A stretch of 61,629 bases of DNA, counting the filler, from Sluysia triapertura (taxonomy: Eukaryota), in the NCBI GenBank assembly GCA_046118255.1. It is 5 parts of 5 records of this genome, joined end to end, with 100 filler letters (N's around TTAATTAATTAA, not from the genome) between each part and the next. Parts side by side here need not be neighbours in the genome. Positions count along the whole stretch, not along the records: positions 1 to 11,929 come from JBJNIA010155271.1; positions 12,030 to 23,527 come from JBJNIA010184012.1; 3 more parts are not named here. One strand, 5' to 3'. Positions 1-12,621 of the stretch are shown here, piece after piece. The notes beneath the pieces are model-generated. The model did no database searches and was not told the origin of the DNA. It saw only the letters and a program-made list of their open reading frames with translations. Each line of letters begins with the position of its first letter. Position 1 is the stretch's first letter. Position numbers and translations under genes: made by a program.

Positions 1-3000
1 CAACGAAGTTTATAATACTTCATCTGTTACTTCTCATCAATTCTTTCTTCATTTGTAATTCTATATATTCTTTACTCATCTCTTAATCTAAAGTTGGGCA
101 ATCCCAACAATTGTATCTGTTTAAAAAGTAATTTTATGAAATTAAAGAATGACTTTTTTTAATATGCTGAAATTCATGGTATATTTGTATTTCATCATCA
201 CACAAAACAGTAATCGAAGCATAAAGATATGTATAAATACAATCTAAGATATAGATGTACTTTATGGATCACGACCATCAAACAGAAAATCCGCACGTTA
301 ATTAGTGGTGGTAAGCACTGATGTCAACGTGTTAAAAAATTTAAAACAATAAACATTTCTTGTTTACGTATGTGCATCAAATTGAAAATAATTCAAAGAT
401 ACGATCTTGTCAATCAGTACCATTGGTTTCAAAAAATCAGTCAAAATATTTTATTAGTTTCAAACTAATAATACTTCATTACTGAGAAAATTAAATATTT
501 TTCATAATGATATTTTGAAAACTTTAAGAATATCTTAAGTCTTAAAATACCTTTAAGCTTGTAAACCCTTAATATCATTTAGATCTTGTAAACTTTTAAA
601 CATGTATGAATCTCAGGTATTTTTGTAAGTAAATCTTTTAGATACCTAAAATAAAATTATTATTAATAAAAGAAAATTAATTTAACTGATCAATCATTAT
701 CATAAATAATTTAAAAAAGGGTATAGAGTAGAAATTCTAATCATACATTAATTAAGTAAAATTTAATTAACTTAATTAAAAAATAAGTTATTATAAAACA
801 ATGTTTGGATGATGAATGTTATATTAAAATAATGAATACGTCTGAATTCGTTTTAGCCAGACATTTAGAAAAAGGTAAAATTTGACGTAGCTCATGCATT
901 GAAAACCTTAATATTCAGCAGAGTCCAATTTTAATTAATTAGCAAAACTAAGATTATGTAATGATATGATTTATATGAATGTGAATAATTTAGAAATGAA
1001 TTTCAGATGTTTATGATATAGATTGAATGAAAATAAGAAACTTAAAATATGTTTTTATTAGAAAACTGGCCACGAATTAATAAATTCTAAATAAATAAAT
1101 TCTAAAAACTAATATGTAGTTAATAATATATATAATTTGTTGTTATCAACAGAGAACATAATATACGTTGATCAATAGCGTGTTGATCTAAAGTTTTATA
1201 ATCGGTGTGCCTAGAACAAAAATCTGACATCCAGTGAATGTAAGGTAATGCCATTACAAAATTTAAAAAATAATAAAATGTGGAAGTCGATTGTGATGTT
1301 AAAAATTTTTTTAAAAATAAACTTTAGATAAAGCAAATAAGTTTGGCAGAGTTGCAGAGTAACTTTCTCGACAAGGAATTTTTAATGCAATACGTATTTA
1401 ACTTGTAAAGATCTAAAAACATTATAACTTTTAACTCTTAATACACATCGTTGTAATATTACAATATGCCATTGAAATGGCCTCAAAGTCATTAGTATGT
1501 TTTATAATTATCATTATCGATATGATATATTTTATCGAGTGGCAACACATTCTTTTCTTTCGAGACTGTTAAATGTGAACTTGACATTGACAAATCGATG
1601 GTTAGAGAAAGTCATGCTTAATGTGTAAAGAAAAGATCATGCATTTAAGAGTTAATTCAAAAAATATAGGTAATGTGAATTAAATTCAACAATTTATATT
1701 CAATACAAAATTTTACCGACCTATCTCTAATTACAAAATTTTAATAACCATGTTAAAATGTGTAATTCAGTTAAATTCAAATATAAAATTTATGCTATAC
1801 TAAATGGAATTTAGATTTTGTTTGTTTTAGTTTAAATAAATAAGCTCAAAAGTTGGTAAAAGTGTTACATTATTAAAAGTAAATAAAACCTGTAAGATTA
1901 TTCTACTTCAAGATACAATTTAACAAAAACCAATTATTATTAATGGTATTTGTACAAGAATATAATTGGGTTGGTGTATTAAAATAATAATTTGAATATG
2001 TTTAAAGTAATCGTCCGTTTAATTAAAGTAAATACCTTGTTTCAACATGAAAATATTTTTAATTTTTATTAATATAAAGATTGCTTTGCACTTTTTGGAA
2101 AATATGACTATTTTTAAAATTTAAATTACATTTTACTCTATAATATGTTTTATTAGATGTTGGTAAAATATATTTATATTTTATTTGCCAAATGAATTAT
2201 TATAAATTATTTTGTAAAAATGCTAATTTTCGTTTATATACATTGATATGGTGTACTTCAATTTATTTTTTATATGTTAATAATTTTGAAATACTTAATA
2301 TAAATTGAAATTTAAAATATAAAGTTATCTTTTAACAGTAAAATATAATATCAAAATTGTTTTTAAATTTTTAGTTCCATCATTTTTATTAACTGTTTTG
2401 TTAAGAATATAAATAGTTTTTATTAGCATAATAACTAATGATTTATATTTATCAAAATAAAAATGATAAGATTAAATCTGAAAATAACATTATCAAATAC
2501 AATAAAAATAATCGAAACATGACGACAAGACCAAGCTTATTATTTATTATTATCACCTGTATGTTTTATCATTATATAAACACTGTCAGGAATGGTACCT
2601 AGTATAATGACGATAAAAAGAGTATATTTTAGTAAATAGAAATAAAGAATAATCACAAAATATCCACAAAGTAATTTATATTCTAATCAATGCTTAAATT
2701 TTCTTTTATATGATATTTGATGGTTTGCAATCGAAACTATTTTAAAAATGACAAATATTATTTTGTGTATTAAATGCGCTTTAAATTTGAATTTATATAA
2801 AAATGCTAATTTTATCAAATTTTGTTTAGTATCAGCCACTTGACCAGTAATTTATCGATTGTAACTAAATTATTATATTCAAACTCATATCAAACAAATG
2901 GTCTCTCGTGATTGTGCTTGTAATCTATCATTAATTTAACCTGTATTGTGCTCTCTAACTATCCTAAATATTATGTGTGCAATAATCTATATCCAATTTT

Positions 3001-3164
3001 TTGTTATTTGATTATAAATTATAAATTTGATGACCTTACAACAATTGGATTATTTTCTCAAGTTTTATTAAGTTTATTTCTACCACTCGTTTTGATAATT
3101 TTATTCAATGATTTCAAGTGAGTGTTTTTAATTATATATAACCTCTTATGTTCCAATAATTTAG

Positions 3165-3749
3165 CCACTTCAGAAATAATGGGTTCAAATGCTGACAATA
3201 ATTGTCAAACTATAAACCTTAATATAAATAATACAATAACTAAAGTTGAACAAAACATCAAGTATACTAATAATATCAAATTAGTAAATATAAATAATCC
3301 CAATTTTAATAATGTAAGTTAACACTTTATATTAAAATTCTGTTAAGACTTTTATCTTATCAATTTTTACGTAGCTTCAATGTTCAAATTCCAACTTAGT
3401 CGAAAATCCGGAGACGGAATTGACAAGTTCTGCTTTACTGATGTCATTGATAGATGAAAATCAACCTATTTCAAGAACAACTAACAATACAAACAGTTCG
3501 TTGTATATTGAACGTAGCAATAATGAGGTGAATGAAGAGGATGAAGATGATGGTGTAGAATATTGTGAAGAACCATCATTACAACCAGTTCAAAATCCTT
3601 ATACATCTGAAATACAGTATAACCAAGGTTTAATCGGAAATGATATTTATGAACGTAGTTATATAACAAATGAATATGCAGGACATCCAATGTCGTTTAT
3701 GCAATTATTGGATTCTCCAAACTACGGACAAGTTAGATTTTATGCATAA
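3165..3749 (+). CDS. Last two exons (3165-3313, 3375-3749) of an unknown Asn/acidic low-complexity protein
   Basis: Two ORF-track frames are joined in phase by a 61-nt GTAAGT...TAG intron (3314-3374). There is an AG acceptor at 3164, an acidic tract EEDEDD and a stop at 3749. No family recognised; the 5' exons are unresolved. Confidence 0.6.
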
Positions 3750-5511
3750 ATCTTCAAAATTTTAAATAGATTTACAATGTAAAAATGCTTCTCTGATTTT
3801 CCTCTATGAAATTCGAGTATATCGTGTGTAACGTTATAATCATAAACATTTTATTTTTACCACAAACTTAACATATAATTTCATTTAAGAGAATAATGAT
3901 TAAAAACATTCAATATATTTCTTGTTTAAATTTGAGGAACAGTTGGTTTATGCAACACACGTCAGATAGTAAAAATTTTGAATAAAGAATCCTGAATATG
4001 AAAACTAAGTGAATCATTAAATTGTCAAATAAAATGAATTAACATAATAATACTTAATATAACAGCAGTGAATCAGAGGGATATATTGTACAGAAATTAA
4101 TGTCGATGCATTTCAAAGACAATTTATAAGCAAGTCATAAATTTATCAAGTTTTAACTTGTTATAATCTAAATGATTATTCAACATTTCAGTCATTCATT
4201 TTCAGAATTTTGTTTTGTTTTATTACTAGCAACATTTTAGATTAATTTTAAAGTCTTATGTATGGAATTGACTATTACGTGAATACCACTTTTAAGGAGC
4301 TGAAGTTGTGTGGAGTGATTGTTGTTGGCTATTTTGTATTGAAGATATATTAATCCTTAACTACTTGTACATTAATCCTTAACTTCAGTACCATACAGAA
4401 ACAGATACTTTTCGGGAAAATATAGGTATCAACTGTTACTATCTTTAAAATGTCTTAATTTTAATGTATATACAATTTTTTGATATTTTAAAAATTATTA
4501 TCTGTAAATTTTAAATAAATTGTGAATAAGAATGCTACATACGATTTTATAAATAAAAAATCAAATTCAGAATTCTTAAATTCAAAATCCGAATTTAACT
4601 AAACGTTCAATATTAAAACATAACCTAATTACTGTGCTGGAAGTTTATTTAAAAAACTTATCTAACAAATAATAAAATTTAATATGTCCAAGGTCTTCGT
4701 GGACACATTTATTATCTGTAAATGTAATAAATAATGCAGTATTATTTAACTAAAATCGGAGCTCACAATCTAACTTGTAAATTGTAAACACCTACACTCT
4801 ATTGCAATATCTCTAAGCACTTAAAACTTTAGATTTTAGACATATTCTTCAAGCGAACAATAAACATGTACGTCTTTAAATTATAATTATAACTTTAAAA
4901 CTGTAAACATTTTTAATTAATGCAAAATTTTCTGCAAACACTATCTTATAAAATTGAATGTAAACGGAATGTAATTTTTTGCGCACAAATCTAACATAAA
5001 AATAGAAAAGTAATGACAACTTTATAAAAAATGAATACAAATAAAACAACGCAACAAAAATTAATTATAATTTAATTTGATTTTTATTTAGTTTAATTGA
5101 AACTTTTAAGGATTATTAAATCTTTCGAGAAATATGCAAGATTTTAATTTGATTTTACGCTTTTTTATGAGCACTTTATAATAATATTACGAAAGTGGTG
5201 TGACAGGGAACTAGAATAATTTTGACAACACGAGCAACAGTTATAACTAATTTCGTCCTGAATTTAACAGCTGTGCTATATTTTTCTATATGTATTGATT
5301 ATCTATGCTACAGTCTCTTATTATTTCTGCGTTTTAAATATCTTTTATTATTAATTTTAGTTCTTTTTTTTACTACTACTTATTCATTATTTTAGATACT
5401 TGTACATTTAACAATTTTGTTGTTGAATTTCCAATTTCAATCTTATTTTAAGAATGTAAAATATTATTATTAAATGATTACTATTGTATGTTTACTAATA
5501 TTTATTATTAA

Positions 5512-5512
<1 letters not shown>

Positions 5513-5573
<61 letters not shown>
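5513..5573. repeat. (ATT)n microsatellite
   Basis: Direct reading of the perfect trinucleotide run. Confidence 0.97.
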
Positions 5574-5574
<1 letters not shown>

Positions 5575-6099
5575 CTAATAGATAATGTAGTAGGTAAATT
5601 ATTAATTATTTATTATAATTTGTATTATTTATTTTAATATTTGCTTTAGTTTTATAATAAAAATGGAATTGACACTTCTTATTTAAACAGTAAAAAGATA
5701 GCGCTTAGGGCGCGTATTAGGTATAATTATTGATTTAACGTCTTATAAAAGAATAACATTACAAAGAATAAAATTACGACAAGGTTTAATAACATTTATC
5801 TTTATATCGAACTTAAAATTAGGTTTATCCGAAAAAGAGAAATCACAACTATAAAACTGTACTTAATTTACTTCATTAAATACATACATTCCTGACAAAA
5901 AGTTTGTAGTAAGATACAATATTTAAAAAAATACAGATAAAACTATAATAAGACATGTCATAATCTTCATAATACAGTGTATTATTTTAAAGTATCAACT
6001 ATAATTTTGATTATTTTAATAACTGTATTATTGACAGTATTTTTATCCTTAGGTCTTTTTAAAAAATTTATATCCTGCTACAAACTTTTTTTGTATGTA

Positions 6100-7650
6100 T
6101 GTATTGCAATTTCTCGATGGTAATTGTCTCACATTAAACGTTTCACATTATTTCGATTTTACGCCAATATACTTATCATTGTTTTTAACACTGTTTAATT
6201 CTAATATATACTACTTAAACATGAATATTCTTTCAACTTTAACAATTGTCATGACATATATACATATAAGTTTCTCAATATTCCTAAAACTTGTTCTCAA
6301 AAGAAAAGAACCATATCCAGCAATATGCTCAGTATCAAAACTAGAATTTGAATATTCACTACATTTGTCAATCACATTTAAAATATTTAGTCCATTGTTC
6401 GCTTATCGAAAAATATTAAATCATTCCATAGGTTTAGTTGCTTTACATTCCTTTATCCTATTTTCTAACGAGTCTTATATATGTAAATACAATAGCAGAT
6501 TGGCTTCTAATTATTTGAGAAGTACCTTTATACTTAGAAGAAATGGCATAATCAATAGAATTATGAAATGATTTAAGGTTAATTTCTAAAAAGTGAATAG
6601 AATTATCAGATTTTGTGCTTCAAATAACTTTGTTTTAGTATTACGAATTTATTACGAATTTCAAAATCAATAAGTTCCTTAAAACTTGACAACTATTTTG
6701 TCAAATACTGATATAAATAACACAATTCATCTCTAGATATTTTTTATAAAACTTAATAAAATACACAGCAAATTAATTTATTTTGAATTAATCTTAATGA
6801 AGAAGTTATAAATAAATAATAATAAATTTAATAAATAATAATAAAATTTAATTTTATTAACTCATTTGTATTAATGAAATATTTAATATTATATGAAATA
6901 TGGAAAGTTGTTTAAAGTGTTGATAGTGTAAAGATGAAAGTGAAACAGCGTATAAAAATTATATTATGTTTGAAATGATGAATTAGGATTTTGAATCACC
7001 ATTTTTATTTCATTTTCTTTTTATGATTTATTATGTGTTTATGTATTTATTATCTTAACATTTGTTAAATAATCATTGCATAGTATTCCTATCAGATTCT
7101 AAATATTGTTGTTGATCATTTCGCTTCTGTAGCGATTTCAAGTTCAAGATAGCTTGGTTGATTATCTACAATGAGCTTTGGAATGTATCGATATAGCATT
7201 TTACCACAATTGTTTAACCTATTGCTCTGTGCATCTTTTTGAATTATGAGATTTAACTCAAATATTGATACTGATAATAGCTATATTATAAATTATTATC
7301 CTTGATCTCTTTATTTAAACACTGTGTTTCCAACACTTGCGTGATGACAAATATAAATTAACCAAGAAGGCACTCTCTTACATTCCGAAAGTCTGATATT
7401 TTACCAAATTGCTTCTTAAATATCAATCTTTATAAGATTTTGATATTCATTGGAGTGGAATGTACTCTAATAATTGTCTATTATTAATTCTAATCCTCTT
7501 TCATGTAGTAAAAGGAGATTGTCAAACTTTGTAATAGCAACAGTACATAAATCAGTATAAAATATTCTTCACATCCATCCAACTAGATTTCCATCGAATT
7601 GATGCTGGATTGATGGATTCACATTTACGACCTTCCGCAATTATTGTCTT
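6100..7650 (-). mobile_element. Highly decayed Ty3/Gypsy pol remnant (RT + RNase H)
   Basis: Minus-strand translation with stops gives AITKFD, IKIDI*EAIW (cf. SKIDLKxAFWQ) and VKCYIDT (cf. YxDD). It then gives FDTEHIAGYGSFLL...EKLICIY...VER (cf. RNase H TDASxxGxGAVL...EKPIAY...AERNY), in the expected order. Confidence 0.5.
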
Positions 7651-8285
7651 AATGTGTTTTTTACTACATTTATATCTTGATTTTTAAATAAAAATTTCAT
7701 AAGATTTTTGAGTTTTTTAATTTCAAATTTCACTAATTTATCTGCTTTACTATTTGTTCCAGTAACATTTCATTTTTATTTAAATCTTATATTTTTTGAC
7801 AAATTTATCTAATAATTGATAATCATTTTAGCAAGGAGAAAATGATTTTGTATTGACATTTTTCTGATCTGATATATTATTATTATAATTATAATAATAA
7901 TAATTATTATTATTATTGACCCATTATATTAATGATTGATTGTTTGATTTAATTCTTATGATACTTTATTATGATAAGCATTTTATTCAGCAACTTTTAT
8001 ATGCCTTGAGTTATATGGTTTTCTAAGTCACACTTCAGCCACATTATAATCAATCACTAAAAAATTCTCAGTGAATCTAAATTTGCATCGCACAGTGGTA
8101 CGATGTTTTAAAATTAAAACTATATATAAAAAATATTAAATAGTCAATATCACAATAAAAAAATAGAAATGTCTACTTTAATATAAATTAAATGATTAAA
8201 AAGATTTGTTTATGTAGTTAAATTGAAACCAAAAATAATTTTCAAATAGCCAACAACAAAATACATAAAATAATTTCTTTTTAAT

Positions 8286-8962
8286 ATGGAAGAAGCGCGC
8301 GCAAACATTAAACTATCTCTAATGCTATTTGTACAAGTCAGTTTATAGAAGATAAAAAATTAACCAATAAAAAACAAGAAAATTGAAGATGAAATATTAT
8401 TTCCATACCTCTTTTAAATGTGAAGAGAAAACAAAAAACACGACGTTATTCTATTTAAATATAAAATCTATGCTGAATTACCATATATAACTATTTCCTC
8501 TCATTAATTTAGATCGATCCTAATCAATATTATAATACCATGCCTCTTAACGGTACAAGCGGTACTAGTTTCATGATGCATTCTATATTGAATCCGACAG
8601 ATACGAATAATTCAAACAATCAAGAAACTAATCAATCTGCTGCCGAATTGCAACAGACAAATAACGACACTAATAGCAAAACAAGTTTAACGAGTTCTTT
8701 AAATAATCAAAATGAAGTATTAATGCCGAATCATTTCTTTTTATCACAGAATTCAAATAAAACCGATACAAATACTGGTAATAGAGAAACTAAAACAATT
8801 ATTAATAACATTTTATTAGATTTTCAACAATTTACTGATTTGAATACAAATACTAATCAACATCGATTATCCGATATCATTAATTATAACAATATTAATA
8901 ACAATAATAATAAAATATTAATAAATAATGATCCTTTTTCGAATTCATTTCCAAATATGCTC

Positions 8963-9054
<92 letters not shown>

Positions 9055-9058
9055 GTAA
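8286..9058 (+). CDS. Asn-rich protein with an eh1-like motif and a poly-Asn tail (candidate exons 8286-8336 and 8513-9058)
   Basis: 172-aa ORF that extends in frame to an AG acceptor at 8512. A possible ATG exon ends at GTCAGT (8337). It contains SFMMHSIL and an (AAC)n(AAT)n tail. Confidence 0.5.
8963..9053 (+). repeat. Compound (AAC)n(AAT)n microsatellite encoding poly-Asn
   Basis: Direct reading. Confidence 0.95.
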
Positions 9059-11230
9059 ATAAATCATAATAATAATATTAATAATGCAAAATATAATTAT
9101 TCTATTATAATAATTTTATTATTAATAATAAAATAAAAAATAATAATAACAGTAATACTACTAATTATTTTAAAATTTGGTACAAAAGATAAAGAATACT
9201 TATGTACTCATTCATTGTTATATTTGACCTTATAAGATTATATTGTTAAGAAAAATTTAAATAGCGCTCACGCGCAATAAATATCTCACAATTTTGTTGT
9301 AAAATTGATATCACAAGTAATGGCACTCATTTTTGTTTAGCACTTTAATAAAGTTGATATTTCGATTTTTAATTTACGGTGACCTTGCAATACAATATTT
9401 ATTCAAACGGTTACGCGTTTGATTTTTCAATGCAATTGTTAACATAAGTCAAATTCAATTTTACAACGCAAGTTACATTACGAATTTTGAATTTCAAGTT
9501 ATAATCAGTTATAATTATTATAATCAAGTTATAATTAAAAAAATAATGCAAGCTGATTTTCTTAGACGTTATTTTTTACATAAGTTTCGTCTATTTGCAA
9601 TAAATTAAAATCGTAACGTAAAATTTCATGTACAATTTAACGACAATTTAAAAAGTCAAAAAAACATTAATTCATTTTTAACTTTAAATTTCTAGAATGT
9701 ATAAATTGTTATTGTTAATACGAATTTAAATTATATTTGCTGTGATTATAGTAAACGTCTTATGTCGCGAAGGGGCGTTTATGTAACTGCATAAGCTAAT
9801 AATTTATCTAAATAGCAATACTGCTTAATTAGGGTTTTATCAAACGCTAAATTAACTTATTTAATTGTTTCTAAAAATTTAATAATGTGACCTACAATTT
9901 TCAGTTAAACTTTTATTCAATATGGCGAATATAAAACAAATATTGCAAAAATCAAAATGGCGGTTGTAACTAAATTGATGGTCGTTTATTTACTAGTCGT
10001 CAGCCAATAGGAATGGCTTAAATGCTATAGAATATTCTAGAAGCATCTACTCTATTTGTAGAAAAGGATTTGTAGAAAAATAAACTTCCTTTTTGGAAAA
10101 TAAATTTATTTTTTGAAAAATAAGATTTTTAAAATGATTTTAAAGTTTCTGATAGTATTTTTGAATGATTTACAGATCTAAAATATTCTATTTGATAAGT
10201 TTAATTTTAGTAGTTCATAAACAAAATTATTTTATTTAAATGAAACTTCTAAAACGATTAAATTATACGTACTATTTTTACAAATCCAATTTAAATAAGG
10301 ATATAAATTGAAGGGTGTAAATTATTTAGCTTTAATTTAGTAAAATCCGTCGGTTTCAATGCAACGATAAAATATCATTTTTTAAAAAACAGCTCAAATA
10401 TATTATTTAAATTAACTCGCTGAAGCTAAAAATTAATTCTAAGGAGTTAAGAAAACACAACCGAAATCTATAAGTCGCAGTTCATAACTATTTAACGATT
10501 TATCGCAGATAAAATTAAATTTGAATGCTCCATTTTACTTGACTATTTATATTCTAAACGTGCAAACGAGACCTTAATTAAGCAAGGTTCCAATCACATG
10601 CGAACTCGTAAATCCTTAAAAACAATTGTGATTGTAAGTTTTCCACATGAAACAACATCAATATTATTTGACACATTCTTGCATAAGTTCTATGAGCATG
10701 ATTAGTTGTGACACGCATATCAGTTTTGTGATTAACTATGCATAAAATCGATTTTGATTGCTACTGCATTAATTAATAAACAAATCCAAATAATATTTTT
10801 TGACTCAATTACGGAAACGTCATTCCAATAATAAACTACAAAACTAATTTGCTTATACCGACCAATCAAGTTCTAATATCATAAAAATTTATTATTAAAA
10901 TCTATTTCCATTATACTATAACAAATCCAAATTTTAAATGGCCATCAAAGACACCCATCTATGATGGATCTCTCAGAAATATACGGTCGACAGATATTTC
11001 ACACGAAAAGATGAAACAAAATCATGTATCTCTTTAACCATTGATGCGTTATTTCAGCATTAATTTTAAAATATCCTATAACAATTTATAAATTAATCAA
11101 ATTATAAATTTTTAATATACTTTTCATATAACATGGCTCAATATTATTCCCATAATATTGTTTCATGTTTTCTACCTAAATTTATAAACACAAACACATT
11201 TAATAATTATATTATGAATCAAACATCAGT

Positions 11231-11309
11231 TTAATCTTTCAATGTAAGTTTTTCAAATAGATATTCTCCAAGACCAGTACCATTCCGTCGAATATTCGTT
11301 AAATGATCA
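11231..11309 (-). CDS. Ferritin C-terminal exon (helix D end to helix E)
   Basis: After a TTTCAG acceptor it reads DHLTNIRRNGTGLGEYLFEKLTLKD*, matching the animal ferritin C-terminus DHxTNLxRxGxGLGEYLFDKxTL. Upstream ferritin exons are not visible. Confidence 0.75.
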
Positions 11310-11929
11310 CTGAAATTTTAAAGTAGAAATATTTCAATTTCTTATTTCGCAATAACATTTATTAGTACGCTAAGAAAATATGCAGTAATAAACAATTTAG
11401 TGAGCATGTACATACTTACTGAAATATCGCATGTAGCACATTTGTATTTCCTAAAATAATTGTTATAATAATTATCAAAAACGCTTCTACCTGAATTATC
11501 TTAAAGGGATTCTTAGGTATTTCTTCAATTTCGTTGTTGGGGGTGGAGAGTTTTGATTATATATAGTTTATATTATTTGAAATAGACTTTTTAATTATTT
11601 CATTACAAATTAATATAGATATTAAATAAAATAATGTCAATAATATACTAAAATATGAAATATATACTAAAATATACTAAAAATAGCATTATACCTTTTT
11701 AATTATGATGATATTAGGCTTACATAAAATATCTAGTTCCATCAACAATATATTATGTCAAGGTGAAGGTCATTATTTACTTTGATTAAAATATTCAAAA
11801 CATTCACACAAATTAAATTTATTATTAAAAATACGCATTTTAATAGGATTGTTATTATTTAGTCATCGTTAATTAATGTTTTATGGTTGATATCTAAAGT
11901 GTTTAATAGAAATGAAATGAAGTATTTTT

Positions 11930-12029
11930 NNNNNNNNNNNNNNNNNNNNNNNNNNNNNNNNNNNNNNNNNNNNTTAATTAATTAANNNNNNNNNNNNNNN
12001 NNNNNNNNNNNNNNNNNNNNNNNNNNNNN
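11930..12029. other. Scaffold gap with synthetic TTAATTAATTAA spacer (same at 23528-23627, 38031-38130, 50592-50691)
   Basis: An identical 44N + 12-mer + 44N layout occurs four times, and the 12-mer has stops in all six frames. Confidence 0.95.
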
Positions 12030-12104
12030 TTTTCATCAGTTATTTTAATCTCGAAAATCACAGTAAAATTGAAATGGGACTCTTATTTTCGGACAGAGGG
12101 AGTA
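12030..12104 (+). mobile_element. Right end of a Stowaway/DD39D-type Tc1-mariner element in the LPLA2 intron
   Basis: GGGACTCTTATTTTCGGACAGAGGGAG+TA (12076-12104). The reverse complement CTCCCTCTGTCC... is the Stowaway/DD39D TIR signature with a TA target site. The rest lies in the gap. Confidence 0.75.
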
Positions 12105-12169
12105 ATATATTATAATATCATACTAATAATATTTGTTTTTATTTAACTATTACAAATATTATTACTAAC

Positions 12170-12439
12170 GAGAAGAAATTTTCAGTGTACTTAAATAATC
12201 AATTGCAGTTAAATCTCCAAAATTGGGTGTTCTTATCTTGCAAAAATCTTGATCCATTGTTTCATTTGTTTGTTTATTTAAAACAAGTTCCATTGTTTTT
12301 ATGAAACGATTTATTTTATTAGGAAACAATAATTCTAAATTGATCCATAATGAAGTCCATTCACTTCTGTTGATCCCCATTTCAACTAAGGAAAAATGTT
12401 TATACAACACTTCTAATTGAGATCCACCATCGCCTGGAA
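12170..12439 (-). CDS. LCAT / lysosomal phospholipase A2 (PLA2G15)-family exon, N-terminal region
   Basis: VPGDGGSQLE...LWINLELLFP...MELVLN...IRTPNFGDLTAIDYL matches LCAT/LPLA2 motifs. TAG acceptor at 12440 and GT donor at 12169. The nucleophile (HSxG) exon is not seen. Confidence 0.85.
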
Positions 12440-12621
12440 CTAAATAATATTTTATTTTTTGATTTTCCAAAATTTATTGTGAATATTTTAAATGTTATGA
12501 TAAAAAAATTCACAATTTTATTAGTAGAAATTATTCAACATGTCTCAACCTGACGCAATCACACTTTTCCTAGAACAACATGATGCAAACACGTCCAAAA
12601 AAAGATAAAATTATAATAAAA

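Noticed and set aside
6095-6571. 158-aa plus-strand ORF as a gene
   Set aside because: No recognisable motif; it is the antisense shadow of a decayed RNase H-like region.
11974-11985. TTAATTAATTAA palindrome centred in N-runs, four times
   Set aside because: Scaffolding spacer with six-frame stops, not biological.
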